A DNA stretch of 63,017 bases, the filler included, from Rhabdomonas costata (taxonomy: Eukaryota), in assembly GCA_019059605.1 (NCBI GenBank). It is 51 parts of 51 records of this genome, joined end to end, with 100 filler letters (N's around TTAATTAATTAA, not from the genome) between each part and the next. Parts side by side here need not be neighbours in the genome. Positions count along the whole stretch, not along the records: positions 1 to 1,138 come from JAHMHO010026711.1; positions 1,239 to 2,378 come from JAHMHO010026712.1; positions 2,479 to 3,615 come from JAHMHO010026713.1; positions 3,716 to 4,853 come from JAHMHO010026714.1; positions 4,954 to 6,091 come from JAHMHO010026715.1; positions 6,192 to 7,329 come from JAHMHO010026716.1; positions 7,430 to 8,567 come from JAHMHO010026717.1; positions 8,668 to 9,805 come from JAHMHO010026718.1; 43 more parts are not named here. One strand, written 5' to 3'. Shown one piece after another: positions 1 to 12,800 of this stretch. Under the pieces are notes generated by a model that searched no databases, had not been told where the DNA came from, and was given only the letters and a program-made list of their open reading frames with translations. The position numbers and the translations under genes were made by a program. How positions within the stretch are numbered: position 1 is the stretch's first letter; every line of letters begins with the position of its first letter.

Positions 1-88
1 GTGTGTGGGGAACCAACCATGTCCTTACGTGAGGTTGTGGTGCCCACAGAGGGATAGGTGGATAGGTGTCATTGCACCTCAGGCGGGT

Positions 89-1046
89 TTATTGAGGGGA
101 GCTTGCCGCGCAAGTATTCTCCGCCGCAGCCCCTGGGGCCGAGCTCAGAAGCTGCAGGTACAGCGGCGCAGCCTGGCCCCACTTCGGGTGCCGCAGAGAC
201 GCCCACTCCCGCGCGTTGTCGCGGTACCACTGCGCAGCGCGGTCCTCGGGGTGCTCCGCGAGATGGGCCTCGAAGTGCACAAGGGCACCGTCGGCCCCGC
301 CGTCGGCGGCCGAGGACACCAGGGCCTTCACCCCGAGCTCGAAGCGGACGTGCTGGGCCCTCTCGTTCTCCTGCAAAGCCAATTGAGAGGGGGATCAGCA
401 GAAGGATGGGGATGTCGGGGAAAGGCAAATGATAGCCACTTGGGTGCAAAGGAGAGCAATTGCTGGCACAATAATTGTGTGAATGACTCGCTATTGCCTG
501 GAAACTTCGAAACCTGTAAGCCCTTTATGAGTAAAGGGCGGCCAGCATCCCAAAGAACTAACAGGAAAAAGCAACACCGTGTACGGGATATGGTGAATGA
601 GTGGTGGCCATTCATATTAAGAACAACTTCGAGGTGAACTAGAGACAGCGCTCTGTGCTGACTGAATTTATTCACAATGTGAATGCCAAGGAGCTGAGAA
701 TAGTCGCTGGGAAAGTGGGCGGGTCGTCAACCAATGGATACGCATCCTACGGAGTAACAAGCAAACATACCCCAAGCTAGGCGGCAAAAGCACCAGCGCT
801 CTCGGAATAATGATAAAAAGGTGAAATCATTTCGGCCAGGCCAATGCAAAGGAATCACAGGAAACCGAAGCGAGAAACAAGTACCTTCTCCTTCAGCTGG
901 TACATCCACTCATCGTCGGCCTGCTGCAGGCCCCCGATCACCTCGTAGGCCTTCTCCGACTTGCCGTCCAACAAAGGAAGCACAAGGGCCAGCCGGCACT
1001 GGGTGCTGATGTTGATCTGGGAGTACATGGTGTGGTCCATCAGGAT
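89..1046 (-). CDS. Class III nucleotidyl (adenylate) cyclase-like protein, last two exons
   Basis: Exons 1046-885 (ILMDHTMYSQI...LDGKSEKAYEVIGGLQQADDEWMYQLKEK) and 370-89 (ENERAQHVRFELGVKAL...FEAHLAEHPEDRAAQWY...stop) join in phase across a GT-AG intron 884-371. They resemble the ILISE.TY...KGK.EP..VYE end of a cyclase domain plus the usual helical tail. Confidence 0.6.
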
Positions 1047-1248
1047 CTAAGCGTGCGTGCATAAAAACGGACGACGTGGCCAGAAACGGGAAAAAGACGG
1101 CAAGGGTCCGAAGCACGATAAGAGTGACCACAAAACAANNNNNNNNNNNNNNNNNNNNNNNNNNNNNNNNNNNNNNNNNNNNTTAATTAATTAANNNNNN
1201 NNNNNNNNNNNNNNNNNNNNNNNNNNNNNNNNNNNNNNGTGTTTTTGG

Positions 1249-1399
1249 AATTTTGTCCTTTTTTGAATTTTGTCCTTTTTTGAATTTTGTCCTTTTTCGA
1301 AAAGTACAAAATTCAAAAAAGGACAAAATTCAAAAAAGGACAAAATTCAAAAAAGGACAAAATTCAAAAAACGACAAAATTCAAAAAAGGACAAAATTT
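1249..1399. repeat. 17-bp tandem repeat (CAAAAAAGGACAAAATT) arranged as a palindrome: about 3 reverse copies then about 6 forward copies
   Basis: Read directly. Inversion centre is TTTTTCGAAAAA at 1298/1299. Confidence 0.95.
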
Positions 1400-4300
1400 A
1401 TCGAAGGACTGAGTCAATGAAAGACGAATTTCAGACGGACTAATCTCAAAACTTGACGTATTCTTTAAGGAACGGAATTCTGAGAGAAGGGAGAAATGGA
1501 AGTAGGAAAGGAAAACAGAAAAGGGGAAAGGAGAAAAGGAACAGTAAGGTTAAATGAAAAGGGACGTTTTAGGAAGCGGATGGAAAGGCTGTGTTTCTGC
1601 CACACTGCTTTTGAGACGTGAAAGCGATACTCTGTTCATGGATGTCTTATGTGTTGTGAACCGCTTGAATTTAACAGGCCGCGATGTCTTTTACTGAGGT
1701 TGTAAAAACTTTGTTGTGTTTTGTGCACTACCTTGTGGCACACGTTCTCCTAATATCAAACAAAAATTTGCATCCTCTGAGTGAGTACCAACAAAAGGAG
1801 CATGTGTTTTTGTTTAATTACACATCACACCCAATGAACACCACTTGAGTCATCATCATCAGCATGGGATTGGCAACAGTGCTTTTGATTAACAGAACTA
1901 TTTTATAGAAGCGGACTTGCCAAATCGACTCCGCTGAACGGGTATCGAATAAGTGACACGTCCATCGGCATAGCTCGAATTTACATACTGTATAAGTACA
2001 GTTATAAGGGGTCGTCAAGCGTCCTTTGGGTGAGGACATGCGACCAGAAAGCAAGGAAGAGCCAATACATCGCAGAGTGCGACAGTTCGCCTTTTGATGT
2101 CAATTGGTGCAAACGGAGCCTTTTGAAAAGGACAGACGTCTAACTAACTATTTTTCTTTAGCTTCATCTTTGCATACCTGATAAACTGATAGCAGCCTGT
2201 TTGGCCATGGGTTTTCATGACTGCTTGCTGTGAAGGTTTGGCTGGTTGATGCGCACGCTGTTCTAATGTGATAATTGTGACCCCACACCATCTAAGCGTG
2301 CTGTGAACTGGCTTTTGTTGTCTGTTTGCGATGAGTATTGTGATTTCCGCCTGCCGGTGCACACCCTTCAACCAACACNNNNNNNNNNNNNNNNNNNNNN
2401 NNNNNNNNNNNNNNNNNNNNNNTTAATTAATTAANNNNNNNNNNNNNNNNNNNNNNNNNNNNNNNNNNNNNNNNNNNNTTTTGTTGGGTGCACGTATGCA
2501 CGTATCCCTTCTTTTCTCTTTTCAAAAACACGGCCTCCACAGAACCTCATCATTTAGTCTATCACAGCACGTTGCTTCCACTCACCGTGCACGTGAGGTC
2601 CGTCTTTGTTCTTGGCCCCCGTGGTTTGCCATCCGATGACTGAACGGAAGCACTCAGTTGCAGGAAAGAGCCTAGTCTTCGCTCTTCCATCACTTCCGAC
2701 TCTACGCATCCCTGTGGTTATCGATGTGTGCTTGTAGTAGTGTGTCAAGGTCAATTTTCGAAGGCAAAGAGGGGTTCACCCGATTCCCTGGTCTCCCAAG
2801 AGGTTGATGAGCCCTATGGCGGAGGGTGTACTTCACAACTGAACCACAGTTTGCGCCCACATCACCAAAGCATTGTTTTCGGACAGTTGGTGGTGCTTCA
2901 TTGATGCCGATGTGCGGTGCTGAGCACCTGACGTTCCTGTCTACAAGGTTGCCTTCACTGCGATATACTTTCTTCCGCAGGTCCCACCCCCACCGTCCTT
3001 CTCAGCTATAACTCTGTGGCGGCCTACTCTGGCTTGAATGTCGATTCCGCAAGTTTGCCCTTCCCCCTCCTCCTCTTCCTTTCCTCCTCTGAGTGCTTCA
3101 GTTTGATGCTCTTAGTAAAGGTGTTGTTTGGCCCCGGGGTCAACCGGTCCATTGCCGGAGATCACCACACTGTGAACCTTTTGCGACTTCTCCCCCATAT
3201 AACAAGTCATACACCCATCGTGGATTGACTGACGCAACTGACTGTGGAGTTGAAAGCATCTGCTTCTCTGTTTCTTGTCCATAGCGAACTCGCTGAAGGA
3301 TCTGATCCGCAGAATTGGGGAGATCGCCTCCCAGGGAAGTTTTGTCCTGCTCGATTTCGGTGTGTGCTGCCTCCCTCACCCCCACCCCACGCGCACCCAC
3401 GCGCACCTATTAGCGCATTGCTGGGTTGCGATGCGGTCAACAGAGGCACAGAGAAACATAACAGGGAAGGGAAAGGGAAGAAATGAGATGGCCGGGTCAG
3501 GTTTGTGGTCGTTGGCGTCAAGAGCACGTGAGTTGAGCGACCTTCCGTGATCAGAGCCGTGAGCCCAGACCTGCATCGACATTGCTCACCACCACCCCCA
3601 ACCACACCCACCACANNNNNNNNNNNNNNNNNNNNNNNNNNNNNNNNNNNNNNNNNNNNTTAATTAATTAANNNNNNNNNNNNNNNNNNNNNNNNNNNNN
3701 NNNNNNNNNNNNNNNGTGGTGTGGGTACTCCAGCTGGCGGGGTCAAGTGGGACAGCCGAGGCAGGGGGGAACCTGGGTCCGAGGTGGTGTTGTCGTGCTC
3801 TGCTATGGAGGACTCTGAGGGTCGCAGGTGAGAGTGCAATTGGAGAGAGGGTTCGCATCTGGGGGTGTCGGTTATTCCATTTAAGTCTCTCAGCTTTGCT
3901 TGGAGATCGCCCACGACATTGTGTCGTGTCCTGTTCCGCTGACTTTAGGACTCTTCGCATTCAATGCGTTCCAACCGTGTTCAGACTTCGCCAACTGCGA
4001 TTCAGAGTTGGCGAAGTTTGAGGTGCAGACGGCGGACGTCAATCAATTTGGGTCGAAAGTGTTCCGGTTTGAGCTTCAGAGTTCATTTTCACTCTCGGTC
4101 GGACGAGAAGCCGTTTGCTGTGAGGCCTGATCGGTGCCACCTTTTAATCAACTTACCAATTGGTGGTAGAAGTCGAAGGAACTACTATTTCCGACTTTTT
4201 TTGCCCTGATCCAACCTTTGGATCAGGGCAAAACAGCGAATACAGCCAACATAATTTAAGGGGTTGTTTTCCTATCCCCTTTAGCCCGGGCAATTAGTAC

Positions 4301-7300
4301 TGGTGCGTGGAGACACCCAGAACAAAGAAGAGAAATTGGGACACAGAGAGTTTCCTCACCACCTGGGGTAGTTAATTCAAATGGCGTTGGATTCAATTGT
4401 CGCATTGACGCTGACCTGATCCACGCTGAACTTATGTTCTTTCCTCTGAACCCTGCAGCCCGGGCATTGAGTTGTGGTGGCTGGATCCTGGGCGGCTGTC
4501 GGCTGCCGCGAGGAACCGCCTCCGGCGAAGCCGCTTGGTCGACACCTTCTCCGTGGCGGTGCTATGTGCGGACTGCGGGGAGGTGTGTGTGTGTCTGTGT
4601 GCAAGGTGGTTGGGTGGGTATGTGCGTGTAAGTGTGCGTGTTTGCGCTTGCTTGTGCGGGCTCCGAAGGGGAAGAAAAGCCCCCCTGGTGGCAGAATTGT
4701 CCCACCAACAATCTTGTTCACGAAGCGTTCAGTCAATTCTCCTTTGTTGACATCTGAATATCAAATTATCATCAAAATATCAGATGAATCCTCTTCTCAT
4801 TTTTCCCCATGCCTTCATGCATACCTTCATGCGCTCATTTCACCCACCACCACNNNNNNNNNNNNNNNNNNNNNNNNNNNNNNNNNNNNNNNNNNNNTTA
4901 ATTAATTAANNNNNNNNNNNNNNNNNNNNNNNNNNNNNNNNNNNNNNNNNNNNATCTACTTCTGCAAGCAGCCGGTTGTTTTTATTTCTTTTTTCTTTTT
5001 TGCGCCAGGGCGTATTTTCCGCTCCTGTTTGCGCTTCTCTCCCGAGCTGCTACCCGTTTTCGGCAGCTCTTTGCCTACTGTCGGTCTCGACCCGTGGTTT
5101 GTGGCCTTTCCATTTGCGGTCTAGCAAATAACACGCCCGAGCTTGCTTCAGTTTTTACCTTGATGTGTTACAGTGTGTCCGCCGGGCTTCCGACCCCGGC
5201 ATTCCGATGCTTTGGTTTAAGTGCACGGAATCTTCCCGGACAGGTTTTGTCTTCTTTGTCATACCCTGCTTCTAGCAGCGTTTTTACCCGACCGGTTTTG
5301 TGTGTGAGATCAACTATCAACCGGCGGGCCACCCAAAACATTGGATACAAAGAGTTGTGCACAGGTGTTCCACTCTGTTCTTTTTTGCGTACGGCACCAT
5401 GTTCGCGCATCAATAATTTCTCTTTCAGATTCTTTTTGCATCCGGAAAAAACGTCGATCTACCGAGTCTAGTGTAGGTTGAAAACTTGCGTTCGACACGG
5501 ACGCGCGCACAAATTGAGGCTCATTGCTCTCCGTTCTCATTCTGTGGGTTTTTGGGGTTTCGGCTCTGCGGAGTACTTAGGTTAGTATTGTGCCGCAAAA
5601 ACATCGGCCGCGGGATGTGCAAAATCCAAGGCTAATTTATCCAGTCCAAGGACCGGATTTTCGCCGTGTGTTCTTCACAAGCCGCGTGGCTATCTTCTTG
5701 TGTATCCAGCGTTCGTGCTCTACTGTTTCAAGCTTCCATGTCAATCTGTCTGTGGATGCTGCCGTCTGATTGGTTATAAAACCTCTCGATTTGAGTGCAA
5801 AAGCCAATGGCATTGGACCCCAATCATGCACAGCAGTGAGCATCACCAGAAAAGCCGTTCCAGCTTCCCGGCCTTCTCAGTCCATTTCCTCCACCGCCAC
5901 CGCCTTTTCCTCGAAGGCTGCTACTTTGCCGCGCGGCAGCCGAGCCTATGCCAATATTTGGTTCCTACCTTGCCCTTGGTTCTATCACACGTAGCCGATG
6001 CCACGCGCGGCCGGCAACCCTCAACACAAAGACCGGGTTACAGCTCCAAAGCCGGAATCACAAAATCACATACATCGCGACAACCACCCCCNNNNNNNNN
6101 NNNNNNNNNNNNNNNNNNNNNNNNNNNNNNNNNNNTTAATTAATTAANNNNNNNNNNNNNNNNNNNNNNNNNNNNNNNNNNNNNNNNNNNNTGTTGGTGG
6201 TACTTCACTCATCTCACCAAAGCGTGCCCAGCGGCGGACTCGATGGAGTTGACCTTACAACTGACTGAGATCAGTCCCCCCCCCCTTCCTCTCCCATTTT
6301 CTCCTTTTCTGCGCACAGTGCAATGGCCTCCAACAAATGCATACGTAGAAGCTTTGAGCGGGGAGCTGTCGCGCGCCATGCTGCGCACAGACATCTCTTC
6401 GGACAGCATTTTTATCTCTCTCACCCCTGCGTGCGCAAGGAAGAAGCGCCGCCGAGCTCGGTTCTCGCTGCCACTTTACCACCCTCCACGGGTGCAAGTG
6501 TGCCCTCCCCCAACTTTTGGAAAGAACCTCAGGCGAAGCCTTCTCACGCAACAATGCTAAGGCAAAACCCCATAGAAACAACAATCATGTGCGAAAAAGG
6601 AAGACCTAAGAGAAAAAAGCAACATGAGTACGACCTCCCATGGGTGGGGTGCCGCAGCCAAGCGCAACCAGGCCACCACAACCAAAACACCAAGCAACCA
6701 AAGCACTAACCAAACAAAAAAAAGGGATACATGCCTGAGAGACCCAATCGCAGTCTTCCGCCGATCCAGTCTCAGGTGAGAGGTCCCATTCCGGATGGTA
6801 TTCCCGGTTTAGGCATGTGTTCATGTGTTGTCTGAAATGGTGGCCACACCGCCGGATGGCAACCGAGCAATCTCGGCTTGACCGTCTCCAGTTACAATCC
6901 TCCTGAGTACTGCATCCAAGAGTTGGACTCAGAGAGTTCCAAGGGAGCATTTAGGAAAGGGCGTAAGAGCACCTTGGACAGTCCCTTCCTGATTCTAAGA
7001 AGTCTTTCAAAAATGAAGGCAACTGGAATACCAACTTGATCTCGCGGATATCAAAGCAACTCGTCCCCTGGGGCAAAGATGCCATTTCCATCTTGTGTAG
7101 CCCCGCATTGGCCCGGCCACTTCTCCAACTCACCGCAATCAAAACAGGTACCAAAAGCACACCACACGAAACCGACAAGGGAAACTGTGGTGGACCCCTT
7201 CACATGGCAGGTTCCCACCCAGCTATAGGTATCCGCCGGCACCGGCGGCAAAACCGTCACCGCCACGGATCGACCTTCACCCACACTCCACCCTTTCCCG

Positions 7301-8688
7301 TCGTGACCTCACACCCAACACACCCAACANNNNNNNNNNNNNNNNNNNNNNNNNNNNNNNNNNNNNNNNNNNNTTAATTAATTAANNNNNNNNNNNNNNN
7401 NNNNNNNNNNNNNNNNNNNNNNNNNNNNNGTGGCCGCCGTTTTCATCGGTGGCCTTGATCAGGGCGTCCCAGGAGGTCAGGCTCTCGATCTGAGGGGAGA
7501 AGTGGTATGTGTGCGCGCGGGATGAGGGCAGCGGTTACCTTATCATACACAGTCGTATCACCTCAAAAGGTCACAACTCTAGTGATTTGGTGAAAACGGG
7601 GACTGGATGCTCACCCGTGATCCTTTTTCCAACTGTTCTTTGACCTTCGTACGTTTTACTTTTGAGGTGAATGCTGAGCTAGATTGCTGGAAAAGAGCTG
7701 GTGAAAATACCGGCGGTCAGAATACTGGTGGTCTAACAGAGCACTTACATGCGCGACGTAGGACAGAGTGCTTCTGTATGTGACTGCTATTGGGGGGCTT
7801 TCGGGAATTTTCCTGTCAATTCGAATGGACCTTTCCAGGAAGCTAGCCCAGGGCCAGCGCAGCTTCATATGCGACGGCTCCATAGCCATTCGTGGCAAGC
7901 AAGCCACTACTCGCACAGGCACTTTTTACGCAAAGAAACTTTGCGTTGAAAAAGAGGCACGGAGAAGAGTTCATTGCCTATCCCCTTGACCGTGCGGTGG
8001 CACCTGCTCTGGGGTGATCTGCGAGAAGTAACCCCAGTACTTGGCCGCGTAGAGGTTCTGCCGCATCGAGTTCACAACCACTGAGAGTAATTACAGCCGC
8101 ACACGCGAATACACGCACTTCGTGGAGACAGCGAGGCTTTTGGATTACCTCCCGCAAAGTGGGCAAAGTTTCGTTGGAAGCCAAAACAAACGAAAGGAGA
8201 TGTACGAGGCGAAGCCAAGCATACCAGAAAGGGCTATATTAATGGCAAAGGTGCTTTGAGGGAGAGGATTTGTTTCCCCCAGCGGCTCTCCCACCACACT
8301 CGTGTAATCGCAAAACAACATCAAGCGCCTCAGGGTAACCACGCCGGTACGGTGAAAACACGGAAATGCCGCACGGAAAGAAGGACAGTTCAGTACACAT
8401 TGTCTTAACCGAGCAGAGAGGAGCACCCAATGCAACACGGCGACGCGGTATCGGAAAGGGAGGATAACGCGCACGTTGACAGATGAAAAGTACGTGAGAT
8501 AGGGGGCATGGCCGCGCAACGAGGTGCTAGCCCACCACGCTTCCGCAGAAAAAAAAACCCAAACACANNNNNNNNNNNNNNNNNNNNNNNNNNNNNNNNN
8601 NNNNNNNNNNNTTAATTAATTAANNNNNNNNNNNNNNNNNNNNNNNNNNNNNNNNNNNNNNNNNNNNGGGGTGCTTTTGCTGTCCCAG

Positions 8689-8838
8689 GCCCGTGGGAGT
8701 GGGCTTCAGCTTGGTGTGGGACGGGCGCCGGCCCGCGGTGGCGCTGGCCTGGGAGTCATCCGAGTGAACGCCTCAGAGCTTGATGCCCCGGAGGTGGTAC
8801 TGCGGCACCGCCAGCGTTTTGCGCACCTGCTGACCTGA
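8689..8838 (+). CDS. Probable terminal exon of an unknown gene
   Basis: cccag acceptor, 50 GC-rich codons ARGSGLQLG...EVVLRHRQRFAHLLT ending TGA. No family recognised. Confidence 0.35.
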   Translation, partial: ARGSGLQLGVGRAPARGGAGLGVIRVNASELDAPEVVLRHRQRFAHLLT

Positions 8839-9623
8839 GGACCTGTTTCGATGCTATTGCAGAGGGTGGAGACCATCACAGCTCTCAGCACCGGTCACCG
8901 GAGATGCATTCACGGCGCTTGGACAGTGCCCGTAACCAGCAGCCAAGCCAGAACAGCGTAGGCAGCTTGTCTACCCGGTTCCGTATTCACGAGCAGGCAG
9001 ACACGTTCGCATCTAACTTTAATGGAAGCCTTCTTAAGCCAGCGAACAGCAGAAAACGAACACCCGGGACCCACGCAATTAGCTGAGAATCTTGTGGAAG
9101 CGAAACTTTAGGTCACTCTTAGCTTTAGGCCACTCTTCTCTTTTCTCTTTGTGGACCGACGGTGCATGGACGCTGTTGCGTTTTTGGTGAGCAGATTACT
9201 TTTTAGTTTGTTTTTTCAGCGCGGAGGCATTTGACACCTGATAACGTTCGGGTTTGATTCACTGTTTCCATGGTACCGCAGCGGGTCAGGGAGCGCTGTC
9301 GATCTCGCCCGAGGTTCGATCTGGTTAGACGGCCCATTTGCTGTATTCGGACGTATCGAAGACGGCGCACGTTTTTTCAAATTTCAAAAAGACTCTTGGC
9401 CAGACCTCGCCATTTAGAACGCAGTTTCCAATTTCTCTCTGAATCTGGAAGACGTTGTCGGTACGTACATACATGTATGTCAGATAGCGGATGTCAGACT
9501 TCCCATTTTCCCAAGTTGCTATCGACTCCCAAACCCTCTATATCCTTCTTTCTCAGTCCTTTGAACCCTTCGCTTCGGGTTTCACTTTGGTCGCTGAAAG
9601 GCAGTTGCAGAAACCAGACAAAG

Positions 9624-9800
9624 ATGTCCGCCCCAGATGCTCCGGGTTCTCCTCGCAAGGTGGCTCTGATCACGGGAGTGACGGGACAGGACGGCTCGTA
9701 CCTCTCGGAGTTTCTTCTGGAGAAGGGGTACAAGGTGCACGGCATCATCCGGCGCTCATCGTCCTTCAACACGGGTCGCGTGGAGCACATCTACGACAAC
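9624..9800 (+). CDS. GMDS: GDP-mannose 4,6-dehydratase, N-terminal fragment
   Basis: [57 protein letters not shown] is the diagnostic GMD Rossmann N-terminus. Truncated by contig end. Confidence 0.96.
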
Positions 9801-12800
9801 AAAAANNNNNNNNNNNNNNNNNNNNNNNNNNNNNNNNNNNNNNNNNNNNTTAATTAATTAANNNNNNNNNNNNNNNNNNNNNNNNNNNNNNNNNNNNNNN
9901 NNNNNTGTGTGTGTGAATGAACAGGTCGCCAAGAAAAACGGAAGTTTCGGACTAACACCCGTGATAGGAAAATACCGGTTATTGCTGGCAAGGGGAGACA
10001 ACATATATAAGTGCGAAGACAAGGTGCTTGACGGTTTTGAACTTTTGTTAATTTCGAAATTTTTGACGGGTTAAGTCTCTAACCTCCAGTGAGTTGGCGA
10101 TTAAGCCCCAAGTGTCGTGGAGCCTAAGTTGTATCTGTTGTTGGGATCCCTGTGGACTCAAAACCCGGAATCTCAGAGGCGGGGGCCCGCCACCGAGATT
10201 TACAGAACGCGAAGACGCACTGGGACCCATATACGGAGGCGATGTGCACACGCACTGGCTCGCCGACCGAACCTGGGGGTTCCTGCTCAGCAAAAATGCA
10301 ATCCCTTTGTGTGTGACACCAGGTTCTCAAACATTGCCACCACATTCTCAAACATACCAAACGGTTGGTTGTAGAGAGCAAAGCCGCACAGTGAAAAAAC
10401 CGCCGCCTGAGCTTTTCTTATGCAGGGCAAATAAAGTTTGGAATACCACTAATAACGCTTTCTATTGGGTCAAGAATTTGAAATCGATTAGGCTGCGTTT
10501 CCCGCCTCTGCCTGATTCGCCCGCGCTGAGGACTGACCTTCGCTCCCAAACAAATACTGTTCCGGCTAAATCCCAGCTACAGGAGTCTCCAGCCAGCATC
10601 AACTTTGAGGTGCTAAAAACATTGCCTTCTGGGGAGAGCCGACACAGTTTACCTGCCTTACCACAGACTAAATCACTTTGAAGGTACTGGCGCATTTAAG
10701 CTAACCTTTTCAACGCCCAATGCAAGCGAGGTATGGTGGTGACCCCCCTCCCCCCACTTGTTTTAAGTGCGGGAGAACAAGCGAAGTTGGTTGACTCCTT
10801 CCTCCGGATCAACAAGTAAGGAGTAGAGTGCAAGAAGACAAACAAACAAACAACACAAGCTAAAAAAAAACACAAAAACAAAAGTAGCACTCCAGGCACT
10901 CCATCAGGAGGCAAACGTTGGGAAGGAGAAACGCAGAAAGGTTCACAGACCGAGAAAAACACATTCGCTGTCCTCTATGAGGGCAGCATGGGGCACACTA
11001 GGAGCGTGCAAAAAGATCTCACGCCAAGAAACTGATGCGGACGNNNNNNNNNNNNNNNNNNNNNNNNNNNNNNNNNNNNNNNNNNNNTTAATTAATTAAN
11101 NNNNNNNNNNNNNNNNNNNNNNNNNNNNNNNNNNNNNNNNNNNGGTTTTGTGTGAATTCCATTAAGAAAAGAGGGGCAATGTGATGATAGAATTGAATCA
11201 GACGAAGAGTGCAGCGATGGAAGGCGTGAATTCAATAGTGGGCCAAGATGTGTGCGCAGCGGATCATTGCATGGAGAGAGGTTCGAGGGAATGTTCTTCT
11301 CCAAGTTTGTTTTCAAAAGATGGGAGGAGATCTATTGTAGGCCAGCGTGAAGAAGGAGCCCATCAACAACAAAGCAGCGAATTCAAGAAGATCAAGAAGA
11401 TCAAGCAGAATGATATGAGAGCGATAAATGTAATGAGTGAGATCCTAGATGTTGTCTTTCTTTTTTATATCACGGAAGTGCAGAATAACTTGTTTTGTTT
11501 TGTGGTGGTTCGTACGTCTTGGGACAAAATTGCGGACGCTTTGAGGATTGGTATTTTTTGGCTGTGCCGCAACTCCATCTGAAAGCCGAATGGAAAGCAT
11601 GTTAGAGTGTATTTTGAGATAGATAACACTGGAGGTGCTACTGGCACATTTTTACTTCAAGTACCCCTGCATGAGCGTGAAAAGGCATCATTACTAGTGT
11701 GACCACTAAATTACCCAGGAGGCACTGTGATATTATCCTACCATGGAATGAATGTTGAGTGCAACATGGGTGTATTTGTCACCATTGTCGCTCTGTCCAC
11801 TACACTCGCTCCACAGCACCGCACTCATCCATGTAACCCTGTAACAATTAGCTAGTGGATCCCACGACACCACACAAAATGTACCACCACAACCAACACA
11901 TCAGGATTTGAACCATGCAACCTGATGATGTGATGACAACATGGTTACATCCGTGCTGTAGTGAAACAACCACCATAACCAATATACGACACGATACCAT
12001 AAGTGCGTACATGGGCATAGTCCACATGATACGAGAAAGTACAGCTATGAGTTGGTGTGTTAGTACCATTGCCATTTACACCACCTACGTACAACACAAA
12101 TGTTGCAAAATATCCTCGTGTGTGCTAATCACTCATTCTCACACGAGTTGACAACTAGGACATGCCACACTTTATCACCATTCACAAAGTATGGATATAG
12201 ATACAGTGTTATGCACCAAGACTTACATAGAACAGCCATTGGTACCAACACCCACGATTATACCAATATCTGGTAGTGATGNNNNNNNNNNNNNNNNNNN
12301 NNNNNNNNNNNNNNNNNNNNNNNNNTTAATTAATTAANNNNNNNNNNNNNNNNNNNNNNNNNNNNNNNNNNNNNNNNNNNNTTGTGTGGGGGCGAGGCAC
12401 GCCTGCGACGCCACGGAAGCCGCAGAAATTGGTGGTACGGCAGAGGCAGTGGTGAGGGGGCAACGATCCATTGAAAATAAGAAAAGAAGCACAGAAACGC
12501 GCGGATAAGGATTTGGGAAAGGAGTGAAGCAGGACGCATCGGGAACAGATGGGAAACAATGGGATGGTGGCAGTGGCCCTCACAAGACGATAAAGCGGGT
12601 GCTAGGCACTGCACTGCAGTGCACTCCGAAATGGAAATGGTATAAACGGCGGCCGGGCGGAGAACCGCAGCGCCTTGATTTCATTTCATTCGGTTGACCA
12701 AAATTTCCCCTCATTCAGTGACTGGGGACGAGCGTGCCCGCAAACGGTATCCGTCACCCTCAGCAGTCCAAAGGAAAGGCGGCAAGGGCATTCGAGCGAT

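Noticed and set aside
3900..4130. Minus-strand coiled-coil-like segment, possible retroelement ORF1
   Set aside because: Interrupted by stops and has no diagnostic motif.
10094..10695. 195-aa ORF and antisense words (IASVYG, LAGD, IDF) reminiscent of a LINE endonuclease
   Set aside because: The motifs are in the wrong order and different frames, and no family is recognisable.
11144..12281. AT-rich, possibly retroelement-derived or degenerate satellite sequence
   Set aside because: No ordered RT motifs and no definable repeat unit.
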